Of a DNA stretch of 64,000 bases, positions 62,080-64,000 are shown in pieces. The notes below the pieces were generated by a model. The model was not told the DNA's origin and ran no database searches. It saw nothing but the letters and a program-made list of their open reading frames with translations. The translations under genes were made by a program, and so were the position numbers. Each line of letters starts with the position of its first letter. The first letter of the stretch is position 1. This DNA is from the human T2T-CHM13v2.0 reference genome, Homo sapiens. The stretch lies in assembly GCF_009914755.1 (NCBI RefSeq), contig NC_060941.1. One strand, written 5' to 3'.

Positions 62080-63295
62080 TGTTTAGCTAAACATAGATAC
62101 AGATGGTTACATATAGAAATATTTATAGATATGTCTGTATACACTGGTTAGTATACACACAAATATCTTCTGGCCCAAACAGCTGAGAGGGCCAACAAGT
62201 AAAGAAACTCCTGTAGCAATAAGCATACCTGGGTGTCTAGATTGTGGTTTCTAATATCATTTTTTAATAAAAGGAAACAAAACTACTGGGAAAATGGCTG
62301 ATTCTAGAAGTGAAATGAGAAATATATGAGATGAGCCTACAACATCTTGTAGTGCCGGAAAGTAAGAAAGTGCTCAAAAACAAACCAACCACTATGATAG
62401 GGATGTCAGAGAGATAGGAGCCAACTGAAAGGGCTCCTAATGGCCAATATTAGAACAATTTAAGCAACAAAATGAAGTAGTATAGGATTATAACCCTAAT
62501 AAGAACATAAATATTCATGAGTTTATATTGACACAAGTAAATGATTGAACAAAAGAAATAAGTAAATGGGGCAGAATAGACAAATCTCTCATGCAGAAGA
62601 ATTCTGAATAATAGAAATAGATATTCTGCCCTTAAGAAGGTAGAGCATAATTTCCCATTCATAAATGTGAGCTGACTGTAAGGGGCTTTCTTCCAAAGAG
62701 TGCTGTATGGAAAGAGGAAGAAAAAAGAGTTACTACACAATGGGGAAACCTGACCAACACTACCTCAAACCAGGTGATCAAAGTTAGCATCAACAGTGAT
62801 TAATCATATTGATAGTAAGTACCTTGATAAGATATGAAAATATGGCAGTTTACTTTGGTGTTCTTCCTCCCAAAAACATATTATCGCAGTGTAACTAGGA
62901 AAGAGAAAGATAATCAGACAAATCACAACAGAGGGACATTCTACAAGATACATGACCAGTAATTTTCAAAGCTGTCAAAGTCATCAAAAACAACGGAAGT
63001 CTGTGAAACTGTGACAACCAAGAGGAGCCTAAGGAGGTGGGACTATTATGTGTAATTTGGTAATTCTAGATGAGACTCTAAAACAAAAAGAAAATACTGG
63101 AAAAAAATTAAAGAAAAAGTATGAACTTTATAATATAATGTACAAATATTTATTACTTATAACCAATATATCATACTAATATAAGATGTTAATAATAGGC
63201 ATAAATAGGTATGGGGCATATGAAAACCCTATCTTCACAATAATGTTGTAAATCTAAAACTGTTCTATAATAAAAGGCTTATTTAAAAAACTAAA
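62080..63295 (+). mobile_element. L1MC3/L1MD-type 3'UTR
   Basis: AAATGGCTGATTCTAG...GATGAGCC...CATCTTGTAGTGCCGGAAAGTAAGAAAGTGCTC; ends GTAAATCTAAAACTGTTCT. Confidence 0.82.
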
Positions 63296-64000
63296 TGACC
63301 AGTTGGAACTCATAAGTATTAACTAGGCTGAGAAAGATGGACTATGACTTGTGTCAGTTCTTGTTTCCCTTGACCTTGATGGCATGGGTGTCCTGCAGAA
63401 GCTAGGGCCCTTCCCCTTGGAGCTAAACACCCACACCTGGCACAAGAGTCAGAGAATCTGAAGGAGGATCCTAGGGAAGAAGGAACTATTGCACGCCCTT
63501 TCTCGGCTCTGTGCCCATGAAGTGGGTCAGTAGGTAACTGGCGTGTATGAGCTTCCACAGGGCTGCTGCTTCACCTCTACACTTCAAATCTCACACAAGA
63601 ATCTGCAGTTAACCCATGCAAAAGGAAAAGAGAAGTGAAATTGTAGAAAATGTGGTTCAGCATAGCCAAGCTGGCACATAACAAATCCACCACACAATTG
63701 CACATAGACATTGTTCAATAGGGCAGCGATGTCACAATATAAACTAAACACACAACCCCGAGAAGGGTAGAGCAGACTTAAATGCATATTAAAGTATTTA
63801 TTATAAATTTTCATTGTTTCTTTGGAATAGATTTTGATAGAAAGAGGATAGCCAGAGACAATGCGAATTTAATAGTGTCCCTGACGGAAAATAGAAAGAA
63901 AGCAGAGAAGAGAACTAATAGATGGACATGAGAGAAAACAGACTTTGGCTCAATGCCAAGATTCAGCATTAATCTAAAAGAATATTTTTTCTTCTCCTGT

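Larger units (their letters stand above)
56243..63693 (-). mobile_element. Old ERVL LTR (LTR50-like) in three pieces (56243-56295, ~61880-62080, ~63310-63693) hosting nested insertions
   Basis: TGTATTAGTCAGTGTTCAATTAAAGAAGTAGAATCACT; TTATTACAGGGATTTAACCTTACACAAATTGTG; GCCAAGCTGGCACATAACAAATCCACCACA. The pieces are collinear parts of one LTR type. Confidence 0.6.

Overview
Repeat-rich, AT-rich primate (human-like) genomic DNA, probably intergenic or deep-intronic. I can support no intact protein-coding gene, RNA gene or CRISPR array. The main feature is a ~5.3 kb processed (retrotransposed) copy of a KRAB zinc-finger mRNA of the chr19q13.41 ZNF816-like clade (20315-25591, + strand). It is intronless, ends in a poly(A) tail and is flanked by a perfect 16-bp target-site duplication. 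It inserted in sense orientation between ORF1 and ORF2 of an old L1MA4-type LINE. The zinc-finger array is disrupted, but an ATG supplied by the L1 flank opens a 193-aa frame running through the TSD and 5'UTR into an intact KRAB-A box (a KRAB-only ORF). The copied 3'UTR holds a MER11 LTR, an inverted Alu pair and an LTR whose poly(A) signal ends the transcript. Elsewhere: many Alus, L1 fragments, MIR/L2 and MaLR/ERV1/ERVK solo LTRs, an ERV1 pol fossil (~800-2030), and a MER21/ERV-L provirus with a tRNA-Leu PBS nested in an older LTR (56243-63693). Local rearrangements include a perfect 86-bp copy placed 2.7 kb from its source inside the ancient ERV-L, an old inverted duplication (15131-16235), and a perfect 38-bp tandem duplication at an AluJ 5' end. 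Repeat subfamily names come from recalled consensus sequences, not a database search, and most repeat boundaries are approximate.
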